DNA of 58,832 bases from Alphaproteobacteria bacterium (GCA_041602815.1 JBFIFO010000002.1:1-58832), one strand, 5' to 3'; counted from the first letter of the stretch, positions 43,604 through 53,219 are shown. The notes: generated by a model not told the origin, from the sequence alone. Translations and numbers: made by a program.

Positions 43604-44851
43604 TTGTCGACGGACAAACGCGTTTTGCTGATCGTTGCGGGCGGCATCGCCGCCTACAAGACGCTGGAACTGATTCGCCGGCTTAAGGAACGCAACGTCG
43701 CCGTGCGCTGCGTGTTGACCCGGGCCGGTGCCCAATTTGTCACACCGCTCAGCCTCGCGGCGATCAGCGGCGATACGGTGTATGACGACCTGTTTTCGCT
43801 GACCGCCGAGGCCGAGATGGGCCATATCGAGCTGTCACGCGACGCCGACCTTCTGGTGGTGGCGCCCGCGACGGCTGACATCCTCGCCAAGATGGCCGGC
43901 GGCATCGCCGACGATCTCGCGACGACGCTCCTGCTTGCCACCGACAAGCCGGTCCTGGTGGCGCCGGCGATGAACGTGCGGATGTGGGAGCACCCCGCGA
44001 CCCGTACCAATATAGAGACACTGGCGACGCGCGGCGTGATGCGGGTCGGCCCCGGGGTCGGTGACATGGCCTGCGGCGAATTCGGCGAAGGTCGAATGGC
44101 CGAACCCGGCGAGATTCTGGGCGCCATCGACGCTTATTTCCGTGGCGATGCGACTCCGGTAACCCCTTCTCGGGGTGCGCCGGATCGGCCCCGTCCACTG
44201 TTCGGCCGCCGGGCGCTGGTCACCAGCGGGCCGACCCACGAGGCGATCGATCCGGTCCGCTACATCGCCAACCGCTCATCCGGCAAGCAGGGCCATGCCA
44301 TCGCTCGAGCACTCGCCGATCTGGGTGCGAACACGACGCTGGTCAGCGGACCGACCGACCTTGCCGACCCGCCGGGGGTGAGCGTGGTCCACGTGGTGAG
44401 CGCACGCGAGATGCTGGAGGCGTGCCGCAAGGCGCTGCCGGTGGATGTCGCGGTTTGCGCCGCGGCTGTCGCCGACTGGCGTACGAGCGACGAGGCAATG
44501 CAGAAGATCAAGAAGAATGGCGGCGGCCCTCGTACGCTGGAGCTCGTCGAGAACCCCGACATCCTGCGCACGCTGTCCCTCGCCGACAACATGCGGCCCG
44601 GACTGCTGATCGGCTTCGCCGCCGAGACCGAAAAGGTGGTCGCGCACGCAAAGACGAAGCGCAAGAAGAAGGGCGCCGACTGGATGCTTGCCAACGACGT
44701 CTCCCTGGGAACCGGGACGTTCGGTGGCGACCGCAACGTCATCCATCTGATCGACGGTGGCGGCGTGGAGGATTGGCCCCCGATGTCCAAGGATGATGTG
44801 GCCCGGCGGCTGGCCGACCGGATCGCGGATCATTTCGCTGACGCCTCATGA
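43604..44851 (+). CDS. coaBC: bifunctional phosphopantothenoylcysteine decarboxylase / phosphopantothenate-cysteine ligase
   Basis: Flavoprotein domain ([31 protein letters not shown]) and ligase domain ([26 protein letters not shown]). TTG start. Confidence 0.92.
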   Translation: MSTDKRVLLIVAGGIAAYKTLELIRRLKERNVAVRCVLTRAGAQFVTPLSLAAISGDTVYDDLFSLTAEAEMGHIELSRDADLLVVAPATADILAKMAGGIADDLATTLLLATDKPVLVAPAMNVRMWEHPATRTNIETLATRGVMRVGPGVGDMACGEFGEGRMAEPGEILGAIDAYFRGDATPVTPSRGAPDRPRPLFGRRALVTSGPTHEAIDPVRYIANRSSGKQGHAIARALADLGANTTLVSGPTDLADPPGVSVVHVVSAREMLEACRKALPVDVAVCAAAVADWRTSDEAMQKIKKNGGGPRTLELVENPDILRTLSLADNMRPGLLIGFAAETEKVVAHAKTKRKKKGADWMLANDVSLGTGTFGGDRNVIHLIDGGGVEDWPPMSKDDVARRLADRIADHFADAS

Positions 44852-45315
44852 GCACCATCGCGATCTCGGTGGCGCGTCTGCCGCACGGCGCCGACCTTCC
44901 GCTGCCGGACTACGCCACAGCGGACAGTGCGGGCATGGATCTTCTGGCGGCGATCGATGGCGAACTGTCGCTTGCGCCCGGTGGGCGCAGCGTGGTCCCG
45001 ACCGGACTGGCGATCGCCCTGCCGCCCGGATACGAGGCGCAGGTGCGGCCGCGCTCCGGCCTTGCGCTGAAACATGGGATCACGGTGTTGAACAGCCCGG
45101 GCACGATCGATGCCGACTACAGGGGAGAGGTGAAAGTAATATTGGCGAACCTGGGGACCCAACCGTTTACCGTCACGCGCGGCATGAGAATTGCGCAGAT
45201 GGTGGTTGCAGCCGTAACGCGCAGCGAATGGCGCGAGGTCCCGACCGACGCAGACCTCCCGGCATCACATCGCGGTCCTGGCGGTTTTGGGTCGACCGGT
45301 ACGAAGGGGATGTAA
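44848..45315 (+). CDS. dut: dUTP diphosphatase
   Basis: [32 protein letters not shown] and [10 protein letters not shown] motifs. ATGA overlap with coaBC. Confidence 0.93.
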   Translation: MSTIAISVARLPHGADLPLPDYATADSAGMDLLAAIDGELSLAPGGRSVVPTGLAIALPPGYEAQVRPRSGLALKHGITVLNSPGTIDADYRGEVKVILANLGTQPFTVTRGMRIAQMVVAAVTRSEWREVPTDADLPASHRGPGGFGSTGTKGM

Positions 45316-45320
45316 GAAGA

Positions 45321-45773
45321 ATGTTGCGGCTTACGCGAAAACTCATGTTTGCAATCGAGGCGGTGGTCGACATCGCGTACAATTCAGGGGTGAACCCGGT
45401 GCAGAGCAAGGATATTGCCGAGCGCCAGGGGATTCCGCGGCGCTATCTCGAACAGGTCCTGCAACAGTTGGTCCGCGCCGATGTCCTGCGTGGTGTGCGC
45501 GGCCCGCGCGGCGGCTACCGGCTTGCGCGCGAACGGCGGCGCATCTCTTTGGGCGAGATTGTACGGATCGTTGCCGGCATGGACGGCGAGGATTCGGGCG
45601 ACGAGGATACCGGGTCGGAACTGGGGCGTGTCGTGCTCCAGCCGTTGTGGCAGGAAATGGAGGAAGAGGCGCTGGTCAAGCTGGATTCAGTGAGTGTCGA
45701 GAATCTCTGCCGCACGGCGCGCGAGGCGGGCATCGACAGCCGCTCGAAGAAGAGCATAGACTTCACGATTTGA
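45321..45773 (+). CDS. Rrf2 family transcriptional regulator
   Basis: [21 protein letters not shown] ... [41 protein letters not shown]. Only the last 150 codons of ORF 44757..45773 are homologous. Confidence 0.85.
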   Translation: MLRLTRKLMFAIEAVVDIAYNSGVNPVQSKDIAERQGIPRRYLEQVLQQLVRADVLRGVRGPRGGYRLARERRRISLGEIVRIVAGMDGEDSGDEDTGSELGRVVLQPLWQEMEEEALVKLDSVSVENLCRTAREAGIDSRSKKSIDFTI

Positions 45774-45790
45774 TGCAGAAGGGAAACAGG

Positions 45791-46756
45791 ATGAATTCGG
45801 GCGCTCCGGAATTCAGAGGCAAGATATACGAGAACCTCGTCGAGACCATCGGCGCGACACCGCTCGTGCGGTTTTCGCGACTGGCGGCCGATGCCGGGGT
45901 TGATGCCGACATCATCGGCAAGCTCGAATTCTTCAACCCGCTGGCGTCGGTCAAGGATCGCATCGGCTTCGCCATGATCGATGCGATGCTAGCTGAGGGC
46001 GTGCTGAAGAAGGACACCGTGATGGTCGAGCCGACATCCGGCAATACCGGCATCGCGCTCGCGTTCGTCGCTGCCGCGCGCGGCTATCGGCTGATCCTGA
46101 CGATGCCGGACTCGATGTCCGTGGAGCGGCGCAAGATGCTGAAATTGCTGGGGGCCGAACTTGAGCTTACACCGGCAGACCAGGGCATGAAGGGCGCCAT
46201 CGCAAAGGCCGAGGAGATCATCGCCTCGCTGCCCGACGCGGCGATGCCGTCGCAGTTCGAGAACCCGGCCAACCCGGAAATCCACCGCAAGACCACGGCG
46301 GAAGAGATTTGGAAGGACACCGGCGGCAAGTTCGACGTGCTGGTGTGCGGCGTCGGTACTGGCGGCACGCTGACCGGCTGCGGTGAGGTGTTCAAAGCCC
46401 GCAACCCGGAGATCCGCATTGTCGCAGTCGAGCCGGAGGACAGTCCCGTCCTGTCCGGCGGTGAACCCGGCCCCCACAAGATCCAGGGCATCGGCGCGGG
46501 CTTTGTGCCGGCCATCCTGAAGACCGAGCTGATCGACGAGGTCATCTCGATCGCCAACGAAACCTCGTTTTCCGTGGCCCGCAAGGTGGCGGCTCTCGAG
46601 GGCTGCCCGGTCGGAATCTCGTCCGGGGCGGCGCTCGCCGCGGCGCTGGAGATTGCTGAGCGCCCGGACATGAAGGGCGCTCGCATCATCGTGATCATCC
46701 CGTCCTTCGCCGAGCGCTATCTTTCGACGGCCCTGTTCGACGGGATCGTCGTCTGA
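45791..46756 (+). CDS. cysK: cysteine synthase A (O-acetylserine sulfhydrylase)
   Basis: PLP lysine context ([13 protein letters not shown]) and [17 protein letters not shown] 45791 follows GAAGGGAAACAGG. Confidence 0.92.
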   Translation: MNSGAPEFRGKIYENLVETIGATPLVRFSRLAADAGVDADIIGKLEFFNPLASVKDRIGFAMIDAMLAEGVLKKDTVMVEPTSGNTGIALAFVAAARGYRLILTMPDSMSVERRKMLKLLGAELELTPADQGMKGAIAKAEEIIASLPDAAMPSQFENPANPEIHRKTTAEEIWKDTGGKFDVLVCGVGTGGTLTGCGEVFKARNPEIRIVAVEPEDSPVLSGGEPGPHKIQGIGAGFVPAILKTELIDEVISIANETSFSVARKVAALEGCPVGISSGAALAAALEIAERPDMKGARIIVIIPSFAERYLSTALFDGIVV

Positions 46757-46766
46757 GGAGACGGCC

Positions 46767-47546
46767 GTGGAGATCACCGAGGAGCGCCTGCACCGGTACG
46801 CCCGCCACATCATCCTCGACGAGGTCGGTGAGGAGGGGCAGATCAAGCTGCTGCAGTCCCGCGTCCTGGTGATCGGCGCCGGTGGCCTCGGCTCGCCGGT
46901 CCTGATGTACCTGGCGGCGGCTGGGGTCGGTACGCTGGGCGTGATCGACGACGACGAGGTGGACATCACCAATCTGCAGAGGCAGATCGTCCACACGACG
47001 GAGCGCATCGGCACGCTGAAGGCGAAAAGCGCCGCCGAGACGCTCGCCGCCATCAACCCGGAAGTGAAGGTCGTGCAGTACAACGAGCGGCTGACGCCGG
47101 CGAACGCGCGGCGGCTGGTGCGTGACTACGACCTGGTCGCCGATGGCAGCGACAATTTTCCGACCCGCTATCTCGTCAACGACGCCTGCTATCTTGAGAA
47201 GACGCCGCTGGTCACTGCGGCGGTGCTCCGATTCGAGGGCCAGGCGACGACGCTCAAGGCATGGCAGGCCGGCAAACCGTGCTACCGCTGCATCTTTCCC
47301 TCGGCGCCGCCGCCGGAGATCGCGCCGCGCTGCGAGCAGGCGGGTATTTTCGGCGCACTCGCCGGCGTGCTCGGGACCATGCAGGCGACTGAGGTCCTCA
47401 AGGAACTGCTCGGCCTCGGCCACGGCCTTGCCGGACGGCTGTTGCTGTACGATGCGATGGATGTCACGCTGCGCACCGTGACCATACCGAAGAATCCGGC
47501 CTGTCCGCTGTGCGGCGAGAGCCCGACGATCACCGACGTCGGGTAA
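46767..47546 (+). CDS. moeB: MoeB/ThiF-family E1-like adenylyltransferase
   Basis: RYARHIIL, a Rossmann loop (VLVIGAGGLGSP), and two CxxC pairs (CYRC, CPLC). No rhodanese domain. Confidence 0.85.
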   Translation: MEITEERLHRYARHIILDEVGEEGQIKLLQSRVLVIGAGGLGSPVLMYLAAAGVGTLGVIDDDEVDITNLQRQIVHTTERIGTLKAKSAAETLAAINPEVKVVQYNERLTPANARRLVRDYDLVADGSDNFPTRYLVNDACYLEKTPLVTAAVLRFEGQATTLKAWQAGKPCYRCIFPSAPPPEIAPRCEQAGIFGALAGVLGTMQATEVLKELLGLGHGLAGRLLLYDAMDVTLRTVTIPKNPACPLCGESPTITDVG

Positions 47547-48861
47547 CGATCCAAAAGCGCAGCGACAGGATCGCCAGCGACGTGCCGGCGCCCATGGCGA
47601 TGGCGGTCATCAGGCCGGTCGTCCCCAATCCGGCCGGGAAGGCGAGCAGCCAGGCGGCCGGGATCATCACGACGAAGAACGACAACAGGTGCAAGGCGGT
47701 TGGCGTCCACGCATCGCCCGCCCCGCGCAGGGCGAATGACATGACCACCTGGCCGCCGTCAGGCACAAGGATACAGGCGACGATCAGGAACAAGCCCGGC
47801 AGCACGACGCGGAGCACAGCGTCATCCGAGTAGAACATCGCCAGCGGCTCGCGGAACAGCCACAGCAGGACGCCGAACCCGGCCATCATCGCCGCCGTCG
47901 CGCCAAGGCCGACCCAGCCGGCGGCCACCATGCCGCCATGGTCGCCAGCGCCGCGCGCGGCCCCGACCCGCACCGCGGTCGCCGCCCCGAAGCCGAGCGC
48001 CAGCATGAATATCAGGGCCGTGAGGTTCAGCGCGATCGAGTAGCTGGCAAGAGCGAGCGGACCGAGCAGGCCGGCCATCATCGTCAGGCTGTTGAAGGCG
48101 ACGGACTCGACCCCCTGGCTTACGCCGGCGGCATAGCCCAGCCGCCACTGCTCGCGCCCGGCGCGCCACCAGCCCCGCGCCGGGCGGACCCGGACCGCGA
48201 AGACGTCACGGTCCGGCATCCACCAGACATACGAGATCGCTGCCACCGCCATGGCCAGCCGGGCGAGCGAAGTCGCCAGAATCGCGCCCTCGGCGCCCAT
48301 CGCCGGCAAACCGCCATGGCCGAAGATCAGCACCCAGTTGAGCAGGATATTGAGGACATTGCCGCACAGGATGACGACCATGCCCGGTGCCGGTCGCGCC
48401 AGGCCCTCGAGAAAGAAGCTGGTGGTGACCGACAGCAGCGTCGGGATTAGGGCGAGGCCGGCAATGGCTGTAACGCGCCCCCCTCCGGCGGCGATGTCCG
48501 GCGACTGACCGACCGCAAGGAAGAACTCTTCGCCAAACTGTGCCAGTCCGGTGCCGACAGTGCCGATGAACACCGCATAGGGCAGCGAACGCCGCCACAC
48601 GGCGCCGCACTCCTCCGGTGTCTGCGCGCCGCGGGCGTGGCTGGTCACCACCAGCGTGCCAGTCAGCAGGCCGATGCCGATCAGCAGCAACACAACGAAG
48701 GGGGTCATGCCGATGCCATACCAGGCGACGTCCGCCGCGGCGAAATGGCCGAGCATGACGATATCTGCGGTGGCCAGGGTCAGGATGCCGGCGCGCGCGA
48801 CGACGACCGGCGCTGCCAGACGCAGCAGTTCCGACAGGTGACCGCGGAGCGTCTGCTTCAG
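47530..48861 (-). CDS. MATE family efflux transporter
   Basis: 12-TM MATE pattern. The ORF from the first ATG is 47530..48756, but the conserved N-terminus (LSELLRLAAPVVVARAGILTLATADIV) continues in frame upstream to a CTG at 48861. The 5-prime end is uncertain. Confidence 0.82.
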   Translation of the reverse strand: MKQTLRGHLSELLRLAAPVVVARAGILTLATADIVMLGHFAAADVAWYGIGMTPFVVLLLIGIGLLTGTLVVTSHARGAQTPEECGAVWRRSLPYAVFIGTVGTGLAQFGEEFFLAVGQSPDIAAGGGRVTAIAGLALIPTLLSVTTSFFLEGLARPAPGMVVILCGNVLNILLNWVLIFGHGGLPAMGAEGAILATSLARLAMAVAAISYVWWMPDRDVFAVRVRPARGWWRAGREQWRLGYAAGVSQGVESVAFNSLTMMAGLLGPLALASYSIALNLTALIFMLALGFGAATAVRVGAARGAGDHGGMVAAGWVGLGATAAMMAGFGVLLWLFREPLAMFYSDDAVLRVVLPGLFLIVACILVPDGGQVVMSFALRGAGDAWTPTALHLLSFFVVMIPAAWLLAFPAGLGTTGLMTAIAMGAGTSLAILSLRFWIVTRRR

Positions 48862-49859
48862 AACATCGTCTCCAGCACACGGTCGGGCGGCGTGTGCCCG
48901 TCGACGAAGGTCTTGATGTTGATGATCACCTTCTCGCCCATGTCGATGCGGCCCTCGAGCGTCGCCGAACCCATGTGCGGCAGCAGCACCGCGTTGTCGA
49001 GCTTGAGCAGCTTCGGATTGATCGCCGGTTCGTGCTCGTACACGTCGAGCCCGGCGCCGGCGATGGTGCCGGATTCGAGCGCGCGGGCCAGGGCATTCTC
49101 GTCGATCACCTCGCCGCGGCTGGTGTTGACCACGAAGGAGTGCGGCCGCAGCAGTTTCAGCCGGCGCGCCGACAGCAGGTGGAAGGTCGCCGGTGTGTGC
49201 GGACAGTTGACCGAGACGATGTCCATATGGGCGAGCATCTGGTCGAGGCTCTCCCAGTAGGTGGCCTCTAGTTCCGCCTCAAGCTCAGGATGGACCCGGC
49301 GGCGGTTGTGGTAGTGGATCGAAAGGCCGAAACCCCGGGCGCGCCGGGCCACGGCCGAGCCGATGCGGCCCATGCCGAGGATCCCGAGCCGCTTGCCCCA
49401 GATCCGGTGGCCGAGCATCGAGGTCGGGCTCCAGCCGGTCCATTCGCCGGAGCGGACCAGCCGTGTGCCTTCGGCGAGCCGGCGCGGCACCGCAAGGATT
49501 AGCGCCATCGTCATGTCCGCGGTGTCCTCGGTCAGCACGCCCGGCGTGTTGGTTACCGAGATTCCGCGGCTGCGGGCGGTGGCAAGGTCGATATGGTCGA
49601 CGCCAGTCCCGAACGACGCGATCAGCCGCAATTTCTCTCCGGCCTGCGACAGGATACCGGCATCGATCTTGTCGGTGACCGTCGGTACGAGAACGTCCGC
49701 CTCGCGCACGGCCTTGACGAGTTCCGCCTGGCTCATCGCCGTATCGTCGAGGTTCAGACGGGTATCGAACAGCTCCATGAGGCGCGTCTCGATGACGTCA
49801 GGAAGCTTGCGGGTCACGATGACCAGCGGCTTGCGCTTCATTTTCTGCTTCGTCGCCAT
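48858..49859 (-). CDS. D-isomer-specific 2-hydroxyacid dehydrogenase (glyoxylate/hydroxypyruvate reductase-like)
   Basis: NAD loop (LGILGMGRIGSAVARRA) and catalytic region (NTSRGEVIDE ... LLPHMGSAT). ATG 49859 lies within ORF 48858..50096. Confidence 0.88.
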   Translation of the reverse strand: MATKQKMKRKPLVIVTRKLPDVIETRLMELFDTRLNLDDTAMSQAELVKAVREADVLVPTVTDKIDAGILSQAGEKLRLIASFGTGVDHIDLATARSRGISVTNTPGVLTEDTADMTMALILAVPRRLAEGTRLVRSGEWTGWSPTSMLGHRIWGKRLGILGMGRIGSAVARRARGFGLSIHYHNRRRVHPELEAELEATYWESLDQMLAHMDIVSVNCPHTPATFHLLSARRLKLLRPHSFVVNTSRGEVIDENALARALESGTIAGAGLDVYEHEPAINPKLLKLDNAVLLPHMGSATLEGRIDMGEKVIINIKTFVDGHTPPDRVLETMF

Positions 49860-49987
49860 GGGCCAACCTTCGAAACTGCTTCTCGTCCGGGTTATACAGC
49901 ACGTTGCGCGCCTGTCCAGCCCTGCCGGCATCGCCGGTGTACGCCCGGTGCTTGACCTCGGCCCCGGCCCCTCCATTATAGGCGAGG

Positions 49988-50491
49988 ATGATTCGCGTGC
50001 CGATGCCAGCCATGTTCCACAGGGCCCTGATCGCTTCGCTACTGACCGTGCTACTGGTGAATCTGCCAGCCGCCGCCGGAGAGCGGCCAGTGCCACGGTT
50101 CGTCTCCCTCAAGGCGGACGAAGTGAACGTGCGGGTCGGTCCGGGCAAGCAATACCCGCTGAAATGGACCTATGTCGTCGCTCGAGTGCCGGTCGAGATC
50201 ATCGCCGAATGGGATAACTGGCGGAAGATCCGCGACTGGGAGGGCCAGGAAGGCTGGGTCCATTCCGCCCTCCTGTCGGCCAAGCGCACGGTGATCGTGA
50301 CTGGTGAGAAGCGAATCCTGTACCGTCGGGCCGATCTGGCATCGCCACCGGTCGTCCGCCTGCGGCCGGGCATCATCGCGGACGTTGAAGATTGCATCGA
50401 CGGCTGGTGCCGGGTCGAGGTGCGCAACTACCGCGGCTGGCTGAAACGTGGCGATTTCTGGGGCGTCTATCCCGACGAAATCATCGACTGA
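49988..50491 (+). CDS. SH3-like (DUF1058) exported protein
   Basis: Signal peptide followed by RFVSLKADEVNVRVGPGKQYPLKWTY...EGWVHSALLS and a second SH3-like repeat. Confidence 0.7.
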   Translation: MIRVPMPAMFHRALIASLLTVLLVNLPAAAGERPVPRFVSLKADEVNVRVGPGKQYPLKWTYVVARVPVEIIAEWDNWRKIRDWEGQEGWVHSALLSAKRTVIVTGEKRILYRRADLASPPVVRLRPGIIADVEDCIDGWCRVEVRNYRGWLKRGDFWGVYPDEIID

Positions 50492-50521
50492 CGCCATTGC
50501 TCGGCGTCCTGTAAAGACCCA

Positions 50522-51136
50522 TCAGGCGAAGTCTGCGGCCAGTGCCTGCCGTGTCTCCTCGGGCAGCTTTACCATGTGTCCGTAGCCCGGGTGCTTGAAC
50601 CCGACGACGATCTCGGCCCCCGGCCTCCGGAACGCCTCTACCTGGGCGTCGGTGAAGTGGAAGTGAACGAATTGCACCGCGGAGGCTTTGCCCGAAGCGG
50701 ATGTCCGGTCGATGTCCTCTTCTGCCCGGCCCATGACCTCCTCGCCGTCGACCCGGATGAACATGGTCTCCTCGATACCGCCCAGCTTGGCGAGGAAACG
50801 GGCGCGCCGCTCCGGGTCGTCGACCTCGAACAGCACGGTGCAGACGAGTTCCCGCCCCTTCGGGATCAGAGGGTTGTATGCGGCCAGCTCCTCGGCCAGC
50901 TGCTCGTCGCCGCCCTTCTCGATGTACAGCATCTCGTGGACTTGCAGCCACATGCTGTCGTAGTCCTCGAAATGCGCGGTGGCGTCTGGCCCGATGGCGA
51001 TGCGACGCAGCTTCTTCTTCTCGATCACGGTGCGCCGGCGCTCCTTCCGGATTGCGCCGTATTCCGCCATATCCATGATGTCGTCGCGGGTGATTTCCGT
51101 CTTTTGGGCCATGGTCGCGATTTCCGTTCCAGTCAT
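50522..51136 (-). CDS. DUF3501 family protein
   Basis: FEDYDSMWLQVHEMLYIEKGGDEQLAEELAAYNPLIPKGRELVCTVLFE ... ASAVQFVHFHFT matches the DUF3501 pattern as I remember it. Lies 9 nt downstream of the Fe-S gene. Confidence 0.78.
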   Translation of the reverse strand: MTGTEIATMAQKTEITRDDIMDMAEYGAIRKERRRTVIEKKKLRRIAIGPDATAHFEDYDSMWLQVHEMLYIEKGGDEQLAEELAAYNPLIPKGRELVCTVLFEVDDPERRARFLAKLGGIEETMFIRVDGEEVMGRAEEDIDRTSASGKASAVQFVHFHFTDAQVEAFRRPGAEIVVGFKHPGYGHMVKLPEETRQALAADFA

Positions 51137-51145
51137 TGTCCGGGT

Positions 51146-52489
51146 TCAGTCTGCCAGCCCGTAGGCGCGGGCGAACAGGACGATCGGATGCGGGGCGAGC
51201 TCGATCTGCGGCGCCTCTCCGTCAAGCCGCTCGATACCCTGCATGATATGCGTGCCGGCGAGCGGGCATTCGGACGCGACATATTTCTTGCCGCTCTTCG
51301 CGGCCTGGCGCGCGGTCGGCTTACCGACCTTGAGCGCCACCTCGAAATTGTCCTTCATGACGCCCCACGACCCGCCATGGCCGGAGCACCTCTCGATCAC
51401 CGCCACGTCGCTTTCGGGCAGCAGGCGCATCATTTCGGCGGCCTTGGCTCCCATGTTCTGGGCCCGCGCGTGGCAGGCCAGATGGATGGCCATGCCACCG
51501 TCCAGCGGCTTCAGCCCGTCGGCAAGTCCCTCCCTGGAAGCGATAGATACCACATATTCGCTGACATCGAACGTCGCTTCTGACAGGATCTTCACGTTCT
51601 CGTCGTTCGGCACGATCAGGGGCCACTCGAATTTCAGCATCAGAGCGCAGGACGGAACCAGGGCGACTACGTCGTAGCCCTTGTCTATCCAGGGTTTCAG
51701 CGTTGCCGCGATCGTAGCGGCCTTGCCGGAAACGCGCTCGAGGTCGCCGTGCTCGAGCTGCGGCATGCCGCAGCATTCCGGATAGACGACCGCGGTCTCC
51801 ACGCCGTTATGGGCCAGCACGGCCTGGGTGGCCTCGCCGATCTCCGGGTTGTTGTAATTGCCGTAGCAGGTAGCGTAGATCACCGCCTTGCGCCCGTGTG
51901 CCGGCGCATCGGTGTTGACCTTCGGTGGCTTCGCCCTGGCCCGGGCGGTGAAGCTCTTGCCGACGAATTTCGGCAGGGCGGCCTCGCGGTCGACACCGGC
52001 AACCGACTCCATCAGGCCGCGCGTTAACCGGTTCCGGGTGTCGGAGGCCCAGTTGGCGAGCCCCGGCATGCGGCCGGCCAGCCGGCCGTTGCGGTCGGTC
52101 TCGGTGAGCTGCCGGTCCATGAACCCGAGCTTGCCGTTTTTCAGGGCGACCGCGCGAGCGCGCAACATCAGATGCGGAAAATCGAGGTCGAACTCGTGTG
52201 GCGGGACATAGGGGCATTTGGTCATGAAGCAGAGGTCGCACAGCGTGCAGGCATCGATGACCGGCCCGAAATCCTTACTGTCGACACTGTCGAGCTCGCC
52301 GGTTTTCGACTCGTCGATCAGATCGAACAGGCGCGGGAAGGAGTCGCAAAGGTTGAAGCAGCGCCGGCATCCGTGGCAGATGTCGAAGACCCGCCGCAGT
52401 TCCTCCTCCAGTTTCTGTTCGTCGTAGAAGTCCGCGTCCTGCCATGGAATCGGGTGGCGGACCGGCGCGTCGAGGCTACCTTCACGCAT
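51146..52489 (-). CDS. (Fe-S)-binding oxidoreductase, HdrD/GlpC-like (two 4Fe-4S motifs + two CCG domains)
   Basis: CHGCRRCFNLC and CTLCDLCFMTKCP ferredoxin motifs; CCG motifs PECCGMP and ERCSGHGG. ATG 52489 (MREGSLDAP) is preceded by AAGGA. Confidence 0.85.
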   Translation of the reverse strand: MREGSLDAPVRHPIPWQDADFYDEQKLEEELRRVFDICHGCRRCFNLCDSFPRLFDLIDESKTGELDSVDSKDFGPVIDACTLCDLCFMTKCPYVPPHEFDLDFPHLMLRARAVALKNGKLGFMDRQLTETDRNGRLAGRMPGLANWASDTRNRLTRGLMESVAGVDREAALPKFVGKSFTARARAKPPKVNTDAPAHGRKAVIYATCYGNYNNPEIGEATQAVLAHNGVETAVVYPECCGMPQLEHGDLERVSGKAATIAATLKPWIDKGYDVVALVPSCALMLKFEWPLIVPNDENVKILSEATFDVSEYVVSIASREGLADGLKPLDGGMAIHLACHARAQNMGAKAAEMMRLLPESDVAVIERCSGHGGSWGVMKDNFEVALKVGKPTARQAAKSGKKYVASECPLAGTHIMQGIERLDGEAPQIELAPHPIVLFARAYGLAD

Positions 52490-52568
52490 CGTATCGATCC
52501 TTGTCTGGCGATGAGGCATTGTCGGGAACGTCGCCCGGACCGTTTGGCACATCGGGCGAGTTGAATCT

Positions 52569-52582
52569 TTGATGTCAATCAA
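52569..52582 (-). promoter_or_regulatory. perfect FNR/FixK (CRP-family) box TTGAT-N4-ATCAA
   Basis: The plus strand reads TTGATGTCAATCAA at 52569..52582, in the rubrerythrin / Fe-S gene spacer, 80-93 nt upstream of the Fe-S gene ATG. It was the only TTGAT-N4-ATCAA I found when scanning the window by eye. Confidence 0.55.
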
Positions 52583-52675
52583 CGAGCGGGCCAGAATGCC
52601 GCCAGCGCGGGACTGCGACAGGCCGCGGCGGGGCAGCGGCGCCCCCGCCGGGTCTGTCGATCAGCGTCGGTTTCG

Positions 52676-53095
52676 TCAGGAATCGAGGGTGTCGAGCGCC
52701 TTCTGGAACCGGCCCGCGTGGCTCTTCTCAGCCTTGGCGAGGGTCTCGAACCAGTCCGCGATTTCATCGAAGCCTTCGTCGCGCGCGGTTTTGGCCATGC
52801 CCGGATACATGTCGGTATACTCGTGGGTCTCGCCTGCGATCGCCGCCTTCAGATTGGCATCGGTATTTCCGATCGGCTCGCCGGTCGCCGGATCGCCGAC
52901 CTCCTCGAGAAACTCCAGGTGGCCGTGGGCGTGGCCGGTTTCGCCTTCGGCGGTCGAGCGGAAGACCGCGGCAACGTCGTTGTAGCCCTCGACGTCCGCC
53001 TTCTGCGCGAAGTAGAGGTAACGACGGTTCGCCTGACTTTCGCCCGAGAAGGCGTCCTTCAGATTCTGTTCTGTCTTGCTGCCTTTCAATGACAT
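52676..53095 (-). CDS. rubrerythrin family protein (ferritin-like diiron domain only)
   Basis: [30 protein letters not shown] ... [14 protein letters not shown] ... [14 protein letters not shown] ... AEKSHAGRF (E-x-x-H diiron ligands). No rubredoxin domain. Confidence 0.9.
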   Translation of the reverse strand: MSLKGSKTEQNLKDAFSGESQANRRYLYFAQKADVEGYNDVAAVFRSTAEGETGHAHGHLEFLEEVGDPATGEPIGNTDANLKAAIAGETHEYTDMYPGMAKTARDEGFDEIADWFETLAKAEKSHAGRFQKALDTLDS

Positions 53096-53187
53096 TGTGT
53101 CCTCCTGTCTGGTGCCAAAACAGCGGCGGGGCTGCCGCCTTTGGTGAAACGGGGCGGAGCCCAGCGGCCGTGATCCCCGATCCGCCC

Positions 53188-53216
53188 TATAAAGCAGAAC
53201 GGGAGAGCGAAGTCAA
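53188..53216 (-). promoter_or_regulatory. sigma70-type promoter of the rubrerythrin operon
   Basis: Minus strand TTGACT (53216..53211), a 17-nt spacer, then TTTATA (53193..53188). Lies about 90 nt upstream of the rubrerythrin ATG. Confidence 0.5.
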
Positions 53217-53219
53217 TAA

